This document shows, one piece after another, positions 30,698 to 40,949 of a stretch of 64,000 nt of DNA. The DNA lies in assembly GCA_965655675.1 (NCBI GenBank), contig CBFHHI010000002.1:3763-67762 (forward strand). Direction: 5' to 3'. Under the pieces are notes generated by a model, which was given only the letters and a program-made list of their open reading frames with translations, did no database searches and had not been told where the DNA came from. The DNA is from Methylophilaceae bacterium. GTDB lineage: Bacteria > Pseudomonadota > Gammaproteobacteria > Burkholderiales > Methylophilaceae. The position numbers were made by a program, and so were the translations under genes. Numbering within the stretch: position 1 is the first letter of the stretch; every line of letters starts with the position of its first letter.

Positions 30698-31780
30698 ATG
30701 AAACCCAGCATATTACAAAAGCTCGCCAATTTGAGCGAACGCCTTGATGAATTGAATCGTTTAATGTCTACCGAAGATATTACTAACGATATGGATAACT
30801 ATCTCAAAATCACCCGTGAGCATGCAGAAATCACGCCGATTGTTGAGCAATACCATCGTTACACGCAAACGCAAGCGGATATTAAAGAAGCGCAAAGCAT
30901 GTTGAGCGACCCTGAAATGAAAGCATTTGCGCAAGATGAAATTGAAGAGGGCAAAAAACGTTTAGAAGACATTGATTTAGATTTGCAAAAATTGCTAATT
31001 CCAAAAGATCCAAATGATGATAAAAACGTCATTCTAGAGATTCGCGCTGGCACGGGCGGTGATGAGTCAGGACTCTTTGCAGGCGATCTATTCCGCATGT
31101 ACAGCCGCTATGCAGAGAAACAACGCTGGAAGCTGGAAGTACTCTCAGCGAATGAAGGCGAAGTCGGCGGCTATAAAGAAATTATTGCGAAGATTGAAGG
31201 TCAAGGCGCTTATTCCAAATTAAAATTTGAGAGTGGCGGTCATCGTGTGCAACGCGTGCCCGACACCGAAACGCAAGGTCGCATTCACACCAGTGCTTGC
31301 ACAGTGGCGATTTTGCCAGAAGTTGATGCCGTGGCGGATGTGGTAATCAATCCAGCTGATATTCGTCTAGATACTTTCCGCGCTTCTGGTGCAGGTGGTC
31401 AACATATTAATAAAACCGATTCTGCGGTACGCATTACCCATGCGCCAACAGGTATTGTGGTTGAATGCCAAGATGGCCGTAGTCAGCATGCCAATAAAGC
31501 ACAAGCGATGATGGTATTAGCAGCGCGTATTAAGCAAAAAGAAGAAGATGCGCAGCATGCAAAAATTTCTTCCGAACGCCGCAATCTCATTGGCTCTGGC
31601 GATCGCTCACAACGCATTCGCACTTATAACTATCCGCAAGGCCGCATTACCGACCACCGCATCAATTTAACGTTATACAAAATCGATGCGATTACTGAAG
31701 GTGAGTTGGATGAGTTGATTGTGCCTTTGGCGGCTGAACATCAGGCAGATATGTTAGCCATGTTGGGCGATGATACTTAA
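30698..31780 (+). CDS. prfA: Peptide chain release factor 1
   Basis: 360 aa with the PET-type tripeptide anticodon region and the GGQ motif ([14 protein letters not shown]). Confidence 0.96.
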   Translation: MKPSILQKLANLSERLDELNRLMSTEDITNDMDNYLKITREHAEITPIVEQYHRYTQTQADIKEAQSMLSDPEMKAFAQDEIEEGKKRLEDIDLDLQKLLIPKDPNDDKNVILEIRAGTGGDESGLFAGDLFRMYSRYAEKQRWKLEVLSANEGEVGGYKEIIAKIEGQGAYSKLKFESGGHRVQRVPDTETQGRIHTSACTVAILPEVDAVADVVINPADIRLDTFRASGAGGQHINKTDSAVRITHAPTGIVVECQDGRSQHANKAQAMMVLAARIKQKEEDAQHAKISSERRNLIGSGDRSQRIRTYNYPQGRITDHRINLTLYKIDAITEGELDELIVPLAAEHQADMLAMLGDDT

Positions 31781-31782
31781 AT

Positions 31783-32622
31783 ATGAATATTCTTGCAGCA
31801 TGGCATGAGGCAAGCGCAACTCTCAAACAAGCAAGCAAAAGTGACGAGGCAAGATTAGAAGCACAGCTATTGCTGGAACATGTATTAAACGTGAATCACG
31901 CTTGGTTAATTGCACATGCTGATGATGAATTAGATCATGAAAGCCAATCTCAATTTCAAATGCATATTGAACGCCGCATCAAAGGTGAGCCAATTGCTTA
32001 TATTTTGGGTAAACGCGAGTTTTATGGTTTGCCGTTGGTGGTCACTTCAGACACCTTAATTCCAAGACCTGACACAGAAACATTAGTAGATGCCACTTTA
32101 GCCTTAATTCCCAAAAACACTGCTCTGTCTGTTCTAGATTTAGGAACTGGCTCTGGTGCAATTGCTTTGGCCATTGCCAAACATAGGCCTTTATCCAATG
32201 TCATAGCGGTGGATGCGTGCATGAAAGCATTAGCGATTGCAAAAGAGAATGCTCAACGTTTAGCCATCACTAATATTGAGTTACGTAATAGCAATTGGTT
32301 TGATAGCCTTACCAACCAAACTTTTGATCTGATTGTCAGTAATCCACCATATATTGAAAACAATGATGTACATTTAAGTCAAGGTGACTTACGGTTTGAG
32401 CCCTTATCTGCACTAGCTTCTGGCGATGATGGATTAAATGATATTAAACATATTATTCGTCATGCCAAGCAACATCTCAATATCAATGGCTGGCTGCTGA
32501 TTGAGCATGGCTATAATCAATCGAGCAAAGTGGCTAGCCTAATGCAACAAGCTCAATTTAATGCAATACGACATATTCATGATTTGGCAGGTATAGCGCG
32601 GGTGACAATAGCGCAACATTAG
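31783..32622 (+). CDS. prmC: Release factor glutamine N5-methyltransferase
   Basis: SAM-binding motif LDLGTGSGAIA and catalytic NPPY (SNPPYI). It follows prfA. Confidence 0.93.
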   Translation: MNILAAWHEASATLKQASKSDEARLEAQLLLEHVLNVNHAWLIAHADDELDHESQSQFQMHIERRIKGEPIAYILGKREFYGLPLVVTSDTLIPRPDTETLVDATLALIPKNTALSVLDLGTGSGAIALAIAKHRPLSNVIAVDACMKALAIAKENAQRLAITNIELRNSNWFDSLTNQTFDLIVSNPPYIENNDVHLSQGDLRFEPLSALASGDDGLNDIKHIIRHAKQHLNINGWLLIEHGYNQSSKVASLMQQAQFNAIRHIHDLAGIARVTIAQH

Positions 32623-32763
32623 TCGCTTGTTATCGCGAGAGAAACCCAGCTTTACTATTAAGGCTGAGACAACATCACTACACAGCACAGGTTAAAGTTT
32701 AAAAAACAATGGTCGTTAACAAGATTGTGGATAAGTGTTTTATCCCTCAGAGAAAGCGCAATC

Positions 32764-33243
32764 ATGTTAGAAGAGAATCATTTATCACTTTTAGCTTATA
32801 CCAGTGTGGCTTGTCATCACATGTCACATGAAGAGCTGGTCAGTCTATTAACCAACTGCAGAATGAAAAACAATGCCCGCAATGTATCTGGCATGCTCCT
32901 GTATATGGACGGTTGTTTTTTTCAAGTATTGGAGGGTGAACGGACAATACTTGATATGCTTTTTGAAAAAATATCGAAAGACGATCGTCATCATCATGTC
33001 ATGAAATTAATCATGGAGCCAATAGAAGCACGGACATTTGGTAATTGGACTATGGGATTTAAAAATGTGACGCCAGCAGAGCTAGTCTCAATTACAGGTC
33101 TCACCGATTTTCTAGATCGGGACAATAAAGGCTTTGATGGCATTGAGTCAAAACGAGCAAGACAATTAATTGATGCTTTTAGAGACCATCGCTGGCACCG
33201 TGCTGATTTAACGCAATATCAACGTATTAATATGGGTAGTTAA
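32764..33243 (+). CDS. Stand-alone BLUF (blue-light FAD) photoreceptor domain protein
   Basis: LLAYTS (Tyr), GCFFQVLEG (Gln) and NWTMGF (Trp/Met) match the BLUF photoactive residues. The ATG at 32764 is preferred over the upstream TTG at 32725 that opens the ORF-track ORF. Confidence 0.8.
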   Translation: MLEENHLSLLAYTSVACHHMSHEELVSLLTNCRMKNNARNVSGMLLYMDGCFFQVLEGERTILDMLFEKISKDDRHHHVMKLIMEPIEARTFGNWTMGFKNVTPAELVSITGLTDFLDRDNKGFDGIESKRARQLIDAFRDHRWHRADLTQYQRINMGS

Positions 33244-33296
33244 TACACTTTTTTAAGAGGATGATTTTTTGAATTCTCACATAGTATAATAGGCGC

Positions 33297-34421
33297 ATGT
33301 CTGAAATTAACTCTGTTGGTATTGTCACTCCGCAAACCGCACACTTTAACGAACCGCTCATCCTTAAGAGCGGTGAAATATTGCCTGCATTTGATTTGAT
33401 TTATGAAACTTATGGACAATTAAATGCTGATAAATCAAATGCCATTTTAATTTGCCATGCCTTATCTGGCACGCACCATGTAGCGGGTAAGTATACCGCT
33501 GAGGACAAAAATCCTGGTTGGTGGGACAATTTAATTGGGCCCAATAAACCATTGGATACCAATAAATTTTATGTCATTGGTGTGAATAATTTAGGGGGTT
33601 GTCACGGCTCTACTGGCCCCGCGAGCATTAATCCTGCCACCGGCAAACCATTTGGTGCCAGCTTCCCAGTCGTAACAGTAGAAGATTGGGTCAAATCTCA
33701 AGCCATGCTTGCCGATTATTTAGGTATCAACACCTTTGCCGCAGTGGTTGGCGGTAGTTTAGGCGGCATGCAAACCTTGCAATGGAGCATTGCTTATCCT
33801 AACCGAATTAAGCATGCTTTAGTGATTGCATCCGCACCTAACTTAACTGCACAAAACATGGCGTTTAACGAAGTCGCGCGCCAAGCGATTATTACTGACC
33901 CTGAATTTTATGGTGGCGACTATTACGCGCACAACGTAGTCCCTAGACGTGGCCTACGAATTGCGCGTATGTTAGGCCATATTACGTATTTATCTGATGA
34001 TGCAATGGGCGCGAAATTTGGTCGCAAACTCAAAGACACCATTAAATATAGCTTTGACGTAGAATTTGAGATGGAATCTTATTTACGTTATCAAGCGGAT
34101 AAATTTGCTGGTGAGTTTGATGCTAATACGTATATTCGAATGACGCGTGCATTAGATTATTTTGACCCAGCAGGTGACTTTAATGGTGACCTGTCTGCCG
34201 CATTAAACAAGGTAACGGCTAAATTTTTAGTCATTTCATTCACTAGCGATTGGCGTTTTTCAACCAAACGCTCACGTGAAATTGTAAAAGCCTTATTAGA
34301 CAATGAGCTGCCAGTGAAATATGCAGAAGTGACAGCGGCGCATGGTCATGATGCTTTTTTAATGCAAGATGCACATTATCATGCCATTGTAGCCAGCTAT
34401 TTAAGCCAGATTGAGGTCTAA
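33297..34421 (+). CDS. metX: Homoserine O-acyltransferase, MetX family
   Basis: 374 aa alpha/beta hydrolase with the nucleophile elbow GGSLGGMQ. It is followed by metW. Confidence 0.93.
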   Translation: MSEINSVGIVTPQTAHFNEPLILKSGEILPAFDLIYETYGQLNADKSNAILICHALSGTHHVAGKYTAEDKNPGWWDNLIGPNKPLDTNKFYVIGVNNLGGCHGSTGPASINPATGKPFGASFPVVTVEDWVKSQAMLADYLGINTFAAVVGGSLGGMQTLQWSIAYPNRIKHALVIASAPNLTAQNMAFNEVARQAIITDPEFYGGDYYAHNVVPRRGLRIARMLGHITYLSDDAMGAKFGRKLKDTIKYSFDVEFEMESYLRYQADKFAGEFDANTYIRMTRALDYFDPAGDFNGDLSAALNKVTAKFLVISFTSDWRFSTKRSREIVKALLDNELPVKYAEVTAAHGHDAFLMQDAHYHAIVASYLSQIEV

Positions 34422-35038
34422 TGAATATGACAACTGATTCCAATATTAATCATTTATACCGTCAAGATTTCGCCATCATCGCAGGCTGGCTTGGGTTCGG
34501 CTCTAAGGCGCTTGATTTGGGTTGTGGTGATGGCTCTTTACTGAGCTACGTGCGGGATAGTTTAGAAATTAAAGGCTATGGCGTTGAAAAAGACGATGCC
34601 AAATGGCTCGCTGCCATGCAAAATGATATTGACGTGATTCAGATGGATTTGGAAGCTGGATTATCTGAGTTTGAAGACAACTCATTTGATACGGTCATTC
34701 TTTCACAAACCATACAAGCTATGCATCACACTGAGGCTATTCTGCAAGAAATGTTGCGCGTTGGTCGTGAAGCAATTGTGACCTTTCCCAATTTTGGTTA
34801 TTGGCGCAATCGCCTGCAAATTATTACGGGGAACATGCCTGTTTCTGAAGACTTGCCTTATGAATGGTATAACACGCCCAATGTCCATTTATGCACGATC
34901 AATGACTTTGATCAATTCTGTAAAGCCAGTCATATCGCTATCATTGAGCGCAAAGTGATTACCAATGGCAAGGCAATCTCATTAATGCCTAATTGGTTTG
35001 GCAATCTTGCTATGTATCGCCTTAAGCGTGCGTCTTGA
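34421..35038 (+). CDS. metW: Methionine biosynthesis protein MetW
   Basis: 205 aa with a methyltransferase-like motif LDLGCGDG. Its start overlaps the metX stop by 1 nt (TAATG). Confidence 0.9.
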   Translation: MNMTTDSNINHLYRQDFAIIAGWLGFGSKALDLGCGDGSLLSYVRDSLEIKGYGVEKDDAKWLAAMQNDIDVIQMDLEAGLSEFEDNSFDTVILSQTIQAMHHTEAILQEMLRVGREAIVTFPNFGYWRNRLQIITGNMPVSEDLPYEWYNTPNVHLCTINDFDQFCKASHIAIIERKVITNGKAISLMPNWFGNLAMYRLKRAS

Positions 35039-35043
35039 TCTAT

Positions 35044-35616
35044 CTAGTACACAATATCTTGCTGCGTATCAACATCTCGATGAATACTATCGTCATGCCA
35101 ATTAAGCCAAGTGATTGTTGCTCCTTTTAATATTTCTCGGGCACCTTCGTCGCCTTGTAAATTCACTAACTGATTATACCAACTAGCCCCAAAAGCCACA
35201 GGCTGTCCGCGTTTATCATTAAATCGAGGTGCAATAATGCACTGTGGACTCGTCATCAGCGCAGCTAATTCTTGTAGTAGTGTAAAAGGTATCCAAGGCA
35301 TATCGGCAAGTGCAATCAGCCAACCGCTTGCATCCTGTGTCGCCCTCACAGCATCAGCAATTGCATAAGCCATACCGTCTTTTGCTTGCTCGCTCTCTAT
35401 GACCGTATATCCTATATCTTGCAATATTTTTTTTCGCACGATTTGCTGTGGCTGCACGACTGCTACACTGTTAGGTAATGCCCGCTTTAATGCCATCGCA
35501 CTTTGAAAAAGAATGGTTTGTTGATTCGGTAATAATGCCAGCAACTTATCTTGCTCGACTCCACAGTCAGCTTGAAAACGTCGACCAAAACCCGCTGCTA
35601 ACAATATCCCTTGCAT
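35044..35616 (-). CDS. MobA/MocA-like molybdenum cofactor nucleotidyltransferase
   Basis: N-terminal ILLAAGFGRRF NTP-transferase motif, 190 aa, downstream of an XdhC-family gene. Confidence 0.8.
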   Translation of the reverse strand: MQGILLAAGFGRRFQADCGVEQDKLLALLPNQQTILFQSAMALKRALPNSVAVVQPQQIVRKKILQDIGYTVIESEQAKDGMAYAIADAVRATQDASGWLIALADMPWIPFTLLQELAALMTSPQCIIAPRFNDKRGQPVAFGASWYNQLVNLQGDEGAREILKGATITWLNWHDDSIHRDVDTQQDIVY

Positions 35617-35629
35617 GATGTAAATGATA

Positions 35630-36649
35630 TTAAATGCGGCAACTATTTAATGTATCTTCAGCAATATCTAGCGCCGTTTTTGCATCATTCACATTGAATA
35701 ATCGATTTGCTTCAACACCATTTTTAACAGCAATCAATTCTGCTGCAATAGAGACGGCTATTTCACTCGGCGTTTTACTGCCGATAAATAAACCAGCTGG
35801 GCCACGTAAATTTTGCACTTGGTCTGGCGTAACATCAAACGCAAGTAAGCGCTCACGTCGTTGTCTATTATTACTACGAGAACCGAGCGCTGCCACATAA
35901 AACGCAGGAGATTTTAATGCTTCCATTAACGCTAAGTCATCTAATTTAGGATCATGCGTTAAAGTAATGACAGCGGTACGTGCATCAGGTTGCATTGCTA
36001 TCACGACATCATCGGGCATTTCACGCCGCAGTTGTGTATTCGGCACATGCCAACCATCTGCATATTCTTCTCGCGGATCGCAAATGGTGACGGCAAAATC
36101 TAAACTTAAGGCAATATTCGCTAACAATTGTGAAAGCTGCCCTGCACCAATTAAAATTAAGCGATAACGTGGGCCATAAATACTCGTAAGCACACCGTCT
36201 TTTAATGCAGTCACTTGATCTGAAGTAGCCTTAACAACATTGCTCATTTCAGTTTCAAGATGCAAATTGCGTGCGACTAATTGACCTTGTTTGAGCAAAT
36301 GCAACACTTCATCTAACGCATTCGCCTCAGACAATGGTTCTAATACTAACTGCATACTACCGCCACATGGTAATCCTAAACGCCTTGCTTCTTCTGCCGT
36401 TGCGCCATAAGTGACTAGCTCAGCTCGTTTGGGCATACCTTCTTTGCTCAAGCGATACATCAAATCATCTTCAATACAGCCGCCAGAAATAGAGCCAGCC
36501 GCACGACCATCATGCCGCAAAGCTAACAATGCGCCGACAGGTCGCGGAGAAGATCCCCACGTTTTGACCACGGTCACTAGTAGTAAAGGATGCGCATTTT
36601 GCAGCCAATTCTGCGCCTGCGTGAGAACTGCTAAATCTTGACTGTCCAT
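35630..36649 (-). CDS. XdhC/CoxI family molybdoenzyme maturation protein
   Basis: N-terminal XdhC_CoxI pattern (VVKTWGSSPRPVGA, GSISGGCIE) and a C-terminal Rossmann domain (LILIGAGQLS). The ATG at 36649 is chosen because the longer ORF overlaps the upstream gene. Confidence 0.85.
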   Translation of the reverse strand: MDSQDLAVLTQAQNWLQNAHPLLLVTVVKTWGSSPRPVGALLALRHDGRAAGSISGGCIEDDLMYRLSKEGMPKRAELVTYGATAEEARRLGLPCGGSMQLVLEPLSEANALDEVLHLLKQGQLVARNLHLETEMSNVVKATSDQVTALKDGVLTSIYGPRYRLILIGAGQLSQLLANIALSLDFAVTICDPREEYADGWHVPNTQLRREMPDDVVIAMQPDARTAVITLTHDPKLDDLALMEALKSPAFYVAALGSRSNNRQRRERLLAFDVTPDQVQNLRGPAGLFIGSKTPSEIAVSIAAELIAVKNGVEANRLFNVNDAKTALDIAEDTLNSCRI

Positions 36650-36653
36650 TTGC

Positions 36654-38846
36654 TTAAGCGCTGAGTTGGTCACCAATTGGTAACTGTGTGATGTGTTTAC
36701 CGGTTGCCGCAAAAATAGCATTCGCCAGCGCTGGCGCCAGTGGTGGCACTCCAGGCTCACCCACACCTGTGGGGCTTTCTGCTGAAGGGACAATATGCAC
36801 TTCTATGGTTGGCATTTCAGCTATTCTGAGCACAGGGTAGCGGTCAAAATTGTCTTGCTCAACTACGCCATCTTTTAGCGTAATTTCACCCGTTAACGCC
36901 GCCGCTAATGCATAGCCGATACTGCCTTCCATTTGTGCTTTAATCACGTCAGGGTTAACTGCAATACCACAATCTACCGTGCAAACTACACGATCAACGA
37001 TTAGATTATTTTCACCATCAATTGTGATATCGACAATCTGCGCAACGAATGTATTAAATGACTCATGTACGGCCACACCGCGCCCTTGTCTAACCCCTTC
37101 TTTTTTTGGTAGCGCATTGGCTTTATCCGCCGCCAAACGCAATACACCCGCATGACGAGGCTTACTTTTCAACATCGCTAATCGATAATCAATCGGGTCC
37201 TGCTGTGCCATTTTTGCAAGCTGATCAATCAATACTTCTGTTGAATAAGCGGTATGCGTACTGCCAACTGAACGCCACCATTGAACAGGAACAGCAACGC
37301 TGTCATTTGTAGTGTGTAAATCGACTTGCAGATTAGCAATTTGATAAGGCAAGTTATTGGCTCCTTCTACTGACATGGCATCAACGCCATCTTTCACCAT
37401 TTGACCTTCAAATGCCGTGCCTTTAGCAATTGATTGACCAACGATAGTATGATGCCAAGCCGCTGGCAAGCCGTCTGCATTGAGCGTAGCACTGATTTTA
37501 TGTACATACATTGGACGATATTGGCCAGCATGCATATCATCTTCACGCGACCAAACCAATTTAATTGGAGCTTGCGTGTTTGCCGCTTTTACAATATTAG
37601 CCGCTTCTACAATATAGTCAGACTGCGGATTGCCACGACGGCCAAAACTACCGCCTGCATATAGCGTATTAATCTTAACCTCTTCAGGTTGAATGCCCAA
37701 TACGGCTGAAACTGCATACTGATCGATGCTGTGCAGCTGATTGCCGTTCCATACTTCGCACATACCCTCTTTGAATTGCACAACGCAATTCATCGGCTCC
37801 ATTGCAGCGTGTGCTAAGAATGGAAACACATACTCGTGTGAAATCACTTTTTTACTCTTTTCAAGCACACCCAATGCATCACCGTCTTTGCGTGCGACAA
37901 TGCCAGGTTTTGTAACCAGCGCTTTGTAATCGGCAATAATTGCATCAGTGCTTTTTTTAAATGCTTTACTTTCATCCCACTCAACTTTCAGTGCATCACG
38001 GCCTTTTTTAGCCGTCCAATAATTACTGGCTAATACTGCAACGCCTGAAGGAATCTTAACCACGTTAACAACGCCTTTGACCGCTCTGGCGTCTTTATCG
38101 TCAAACGATTTAACTGTTGCTCCAAAGGTTGGCGGATGCGCTACGACCGCCACCAGCATATTGTCCAATTGAATATCTTGCGTAAAAATGGCTGAACCAT
38201 TGGTTTTTGCTTTGCTGTCTTTACGAGGCGCCACTTTCCCAATCAAGGTAAAGTCTTTTGGATCTTTCAATGTCACTGCTTCTGGCACAGCTAAAGCTGA
38301 CGCCGCCTCAGCAAACTCACCAAAGTGAGCTTGTTTGCCACTGGCATGACTTAACACACCTGATTTCACTGCAATTTCACTGGCTGGCACATGCCAAGCA
38401 GTCGCGGCAGCTTGTACTAACATCGCACGTGCTGTTGCACCCGCATGACGCATTTGTTCAAATGAGTTGGCAATTGCCGAGCTACCACCTGTGCCTTGAT
38501 AAGGGCCCCAAGCTAAATTGTTATAACGCTTAGCATCACCAGGCGCGCCTTCCACTTTGACTTGCGCCCAATCTGCATCAAGCTCTTCCGCAATCAAAGT
38601 CGCCAGGCCAGTATATGTGCCTTGTCCCATTTCTAAATGTTTAGCAATGACCGTTACTGTGTTATCAGCACCAATCCTCACAAAGGCATTGGGTTCAAAT
38701 AAAATACCATTTTCAATCACCGCATCGATAGCGGCAGTTTCACTGTCTGGGCTTTTGGCACAACCCGGAATCATGACAGCAATGGTTAAACCAAGACCTG
38801 CTTTTAAAAAACCACGGCGCGAAACATTATGTAAATTATTCATCAT
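36654..38846 (-). CDS. Molybdopterin-binding oxidoreductase large subunit (IorB/aldehyde oxidase family), Tat-exported
   Basis: Twin-arginine motif SRRGFLKAG followed by ...IPGC (possible lipobox). 730 aa with xanthine dehydrogenase-family a/b hammerhead and Mo-binding regions. Confidence 0.85.
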   Translation of the reverse strand: MMNNLHNVSRRGFLKAGLGLTIAVMIPGCAKSPDSETAAIDAVIENGILFEPNAFVRIGADNTVTVIAKHLEMGQGTYTGLATLIAEELDADWAQVKVEGAPGDAKRYNNLAWGPYQGTGGSSAIANSFEQMRHAGATARAMLVQAAATAWHVPASEIAVKSGVLSHASGKQAHFGEFAEAASALAVPEAVTLKDPKDFTLIGKVAPRKDSKAKTNGSAIFTQDIQLDNMLVAVVAHPPTFGATVKSFDDKDARAVKGVVNVVKIPSGVAVLASNYWTAKKGRDALKVEWDESKAFKKSTDAIIADYKALVTKPGIVARKDGDALGVLEKSKKVISHEYVFPFLAHAAMEPMNCVVQFKEGMCEVWNGNQLHSIDQYAVSAVLGIQPEEVKINTLYAGGSFGRRGNPQSDYIVEAANIVKAANTQAPIKLVWSREDDMHAGQYRPMYVHKISATLNADGLPAAWHHTIVGQSIAKGTAFEGQMVKDGVDAMSVEGANNLPYQIANLQVDLHTTNDSVAVPVQWWRSVGSTHTAYSTEVLIDQLAKMAQQDPIDYRLAMLKSKPRHAGVLRLAADKANALPKKEGVRQGRGVAVHESFNTFVAQIVDITIDGENNLIVDRVVCTVDCGIAVNPDVIKAQMEGSIGYALAAALTGEITLKDGVVEQDNFDRYPVLRIAEMPTIEVHIVPSAESPTGVGEPGVPPLAPALANAIFAATGKHITQLPIGDQLSA

Positions 38847-38852
38847 GGTCTC

Positions 38853-39311
38853 CTATGCCAAGTCTTTAGCTGCTTGATGAATGGCGGCGCGAATCCGAAC
38901 ATAAGTCGCACAACGGCAAATATTGCCATTCATGGCATTATCAATTTGTTCATCCGTTGGCGCTGGATTGCTCGCCAACAATGCAGTTGCTGACATCATC
39001 TGACCTGACTGGCAGTAACCACACTGCACCACATCTAAATCTTGCCACGCTTTTTGAATCGCTTCACCCGCTTTGGATTCATGCACCGCTTCAATGGTCG
39101 ATATTTTCTTACCTGCGGCGGCAGAAAGTGGGGTTAAACATGAGCGAATAGGCTGCCCATCCAAATGTACCGTACAGGCGCCACACAAACCTGCGCCGCA
39201 ACCAAACTTAGTACCTGTCATTTGTAAACTATCGCGAATCACCCACAATAAAGGGGTGTCATCATCATAATCGGTACTGAGTGTTTTACCGTTAATATTG
39301 AGTTCAGTCAT
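38853..39311 (-). CDS. (2Fe-2S)-binding small subunit (IorA-like)
   Basis: 152 aa with two [2Fe-2S] Cys clusters (CGAGLCGACTV and CGYCQSG...CRC). Confidence 0.9.
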   Translation of the reverse strand: MTELNINGKTLSTDYDDDTPLLWVIRDSLQMTGTKFGCGAGLCGACTVHLDGQPIRSCLTPLSAAAGKKISTIEAVHESKAGEAIQKAWQDLDVVQCGYCQSGQMMSATALLASNPAPTDEQIDNAMNGNICRCATYVRIRAAIHQAAKDLA

Positions 39312-39468
39312 GTGGGTTCCTTACATCTAAAATGCATGTCGAATGTTTTTATCGTCAATCAATTGACTACAGTATTGTGAAATCACTTTTACCGTTTCTA
39401 AAGCTTGTGTTCTTGTTTACTAAACTATTTGCTATTGCTTGAAAAAGATTGGTAGTATCTTTTAGAGA

Positions 39469-39489
39469 TTGGTCTATTTTAGAGACCAA
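39469..39489. promoter_or_regulatory. Candidate operator: 7-bp inverted repeat TTGGTCT-N7-AGACCAA
   Basis: It lies in the divergent spacer between the oxidoreductase operon and the HxlR-family gene, 42 nt upstream of the regulator ATG. A GATTGGT half-site is repeated at 39448. Confidence 0.3.
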
Positions 39490-39530
39490 CATAATCAAGT
39501 CAATTAGGCACTAAGGAGTAACCTATCATC

Positions 39531-39944
39531 ATGCGTCAAACCGATATACCAACACCAGATATTCATAGAGCTTGCTGCCCTTCACGCCAAATACTCAGTC
39601 GCATTGGCGATAAATGGAGCGTTGTTATCCTGAGCAGTCTAGAGCAAGGGCCTGTGCGCTTTGGTGAACTCAAACGCATGTGTGATGGCATCTCACAAAA
39701 AATGCTGACCCAAACACTACGCTATCTTGAACGAGATGGTCTCATTCATCGGCGCGTATTAACTGAAAAGCCGCTACAGGTTGAATACGCGCTGAGTGAT
39801 TTAGGCATTAATTTACTCACACTCCTCAATCCATTGATTGACTGGGTACATCATCACTGCATACAAATTTCTCAGTCCCATGCCGATTATGATAGCGGGA
39901 ATGAAACGCCTGCATTCAAAGCGTTTAACCCTGTATTACCATAA
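39531..39944 (+). CDS. HxlR family winged-helix transcriptional regulator
   Basis: CPSRQILSRIGDKWSVVILSSLEQGPVRFGELKR...ISQKMLTQTLRYLERDGLIHR is the typical HxlR/DUF24 core. Confidence 0.88.
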   Translation: MRQTDIPTPDIHRACCPSRQILSRIGDKWSVVILSSLEQGPVRFGELKRMCDGISQKMLTQTLRYLERDGLIHRRVLTEKPLQVEYALSDLGINLLTLLNPLIDWVHHHCIQISQSHADYDSGNETPAFKAFNPVLP

Positions 39945-40949
39945 ATAACCAACACTAAATAATAAGGTCTTATCGGTTTTTTCTCTACCTTCAGCGGGTT
40001 GATTTGCATAGTCAACATTCAGTTGAGTTGATGCATTTAAGTTCTCTGCAATTGGCACCCGCAACCCTGTTTTAGTAAAGGCCAGGGTATTTGCTATCTC
40101 CTCTAAACTAAATAAGACTTCGTGCTGATGAAAGAATTTGACGTTCTGGAAGACTAATTGATCATATTTCAATGCCCATCGTCCGCTGGCATATCGCTCG
40201 TCATCCGCATCATTAAAATCGGTACTGATATAGTTAATACCACCTTCAATCGATAAGTTTAACTCTTTCTGCTCATACACCTGATAACCAGAACCAACAC
40301 CAGCGCTTGATCGTAACTGAATATCTCTAAAGCGATCATTTTCTAAAGATCCATTGCTATATAAATACCATTGTTTACTTAAAAAGTAGTCGTACTGCAT
40401 ATAGCCTTTGCTATTGAATGCGGTATTCTCACCTTCTGCTTTTGCTCTATTCACGTAGGCACCAACCGTGAATCGCTTGTTCTTTGTCCGCGCAATCGTC
40501 TCAGCATCTGCTCGCACTTGGCTATTATCAGTGTTACCAGAGGTTACTGCCCCACCAACATTGGCATAACCTGACCACTCAATGCCTTGACCAGACAGCG
40601 CTGGACTAGGATTGATATAAGTGACGTCTTGTAAATTTAATTCTGTACTCATTTTCAAGCCAGAGTTCACCATATTGACTCGGCCCAAACTTCGTTTTTG
40701 CAATGTCGCATCAAACATAGAATCATCAGACAAAACGACTTTAACTGGTGCATCCGTATTCAAAGTTGCAATTTCTGACCACAAAATATTGATTTCACCT
40801 GCATATTTTGTTTTGAAAATAAGCTGATCTGTTTCCTTTTTAATGACAGTGCCTGTGATCCAGTCGCCATTCTTAAGTATCACAGTATCAGCCATGGCTG
40901 TATGACTCAGTGCAATGGATAATAGCGCAACAATTTTTATTACCTTCAT
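39936..40949 (-). CDS. DUF481 (YdiY-like) outer-membrane beta-barrel protein
   Basis: Signal peptide, N-terminal DTVILKNGDWITGTV motif, alternating beta-strand pattern and an aromatic C-terminus (...VGYLW). Confidence 0.7.
   Translation of the reverse strand: MKVIKIVALLSIALSHTAMADTVILKNGDWITGTVIKKETDQLIFKTKYAGEINILWSEIATLNTDAPVKVVLSDDSMFDATLQKRSLGRVNMVNSGLKMSTELNLQDVTYINPSPALSGQGIEWSGYANVGGAVTSGNTDNSQVRADAETIARTKNKRFTVGAYVNRAKAEGENTAFNSKGYMQYDYFLSKQWYLYSNGSLENDRFRDIQLRSSAGVGSGYQVYEQKELNLSIEGGINYISTDFNDADDERYASGRWALKYDQLVFQNVKFFHQHEVLFSLEEIANTLAFTKTGLRVPIAENLNASTQLNVDYANQPAEGREKTDKTLLFSVGYLW

Noticed and set aside
33244-33296. Possible SAM-II-type riboswitch or promoter in the 53-nt spacer upstream of metX, which contains U-runs and a TATAAT.
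   Set aside because: I could not find the conserved AAAGCU-type pseudoknot elements I recall for SAM-II. The TATAAT has no properly spaced -35 element. The spacer is too short and too AU-rich to call anything.
36650-36793. 48-codon N-terminal extension of the XdhC-family ORF.
   Set aside because: The extension overlaps the last 140 nt of the upstream Mo-subunit gene. An ATG at 36649, 4 nt after that gene's stop codon, gives the conserved XdhC N-terminus.
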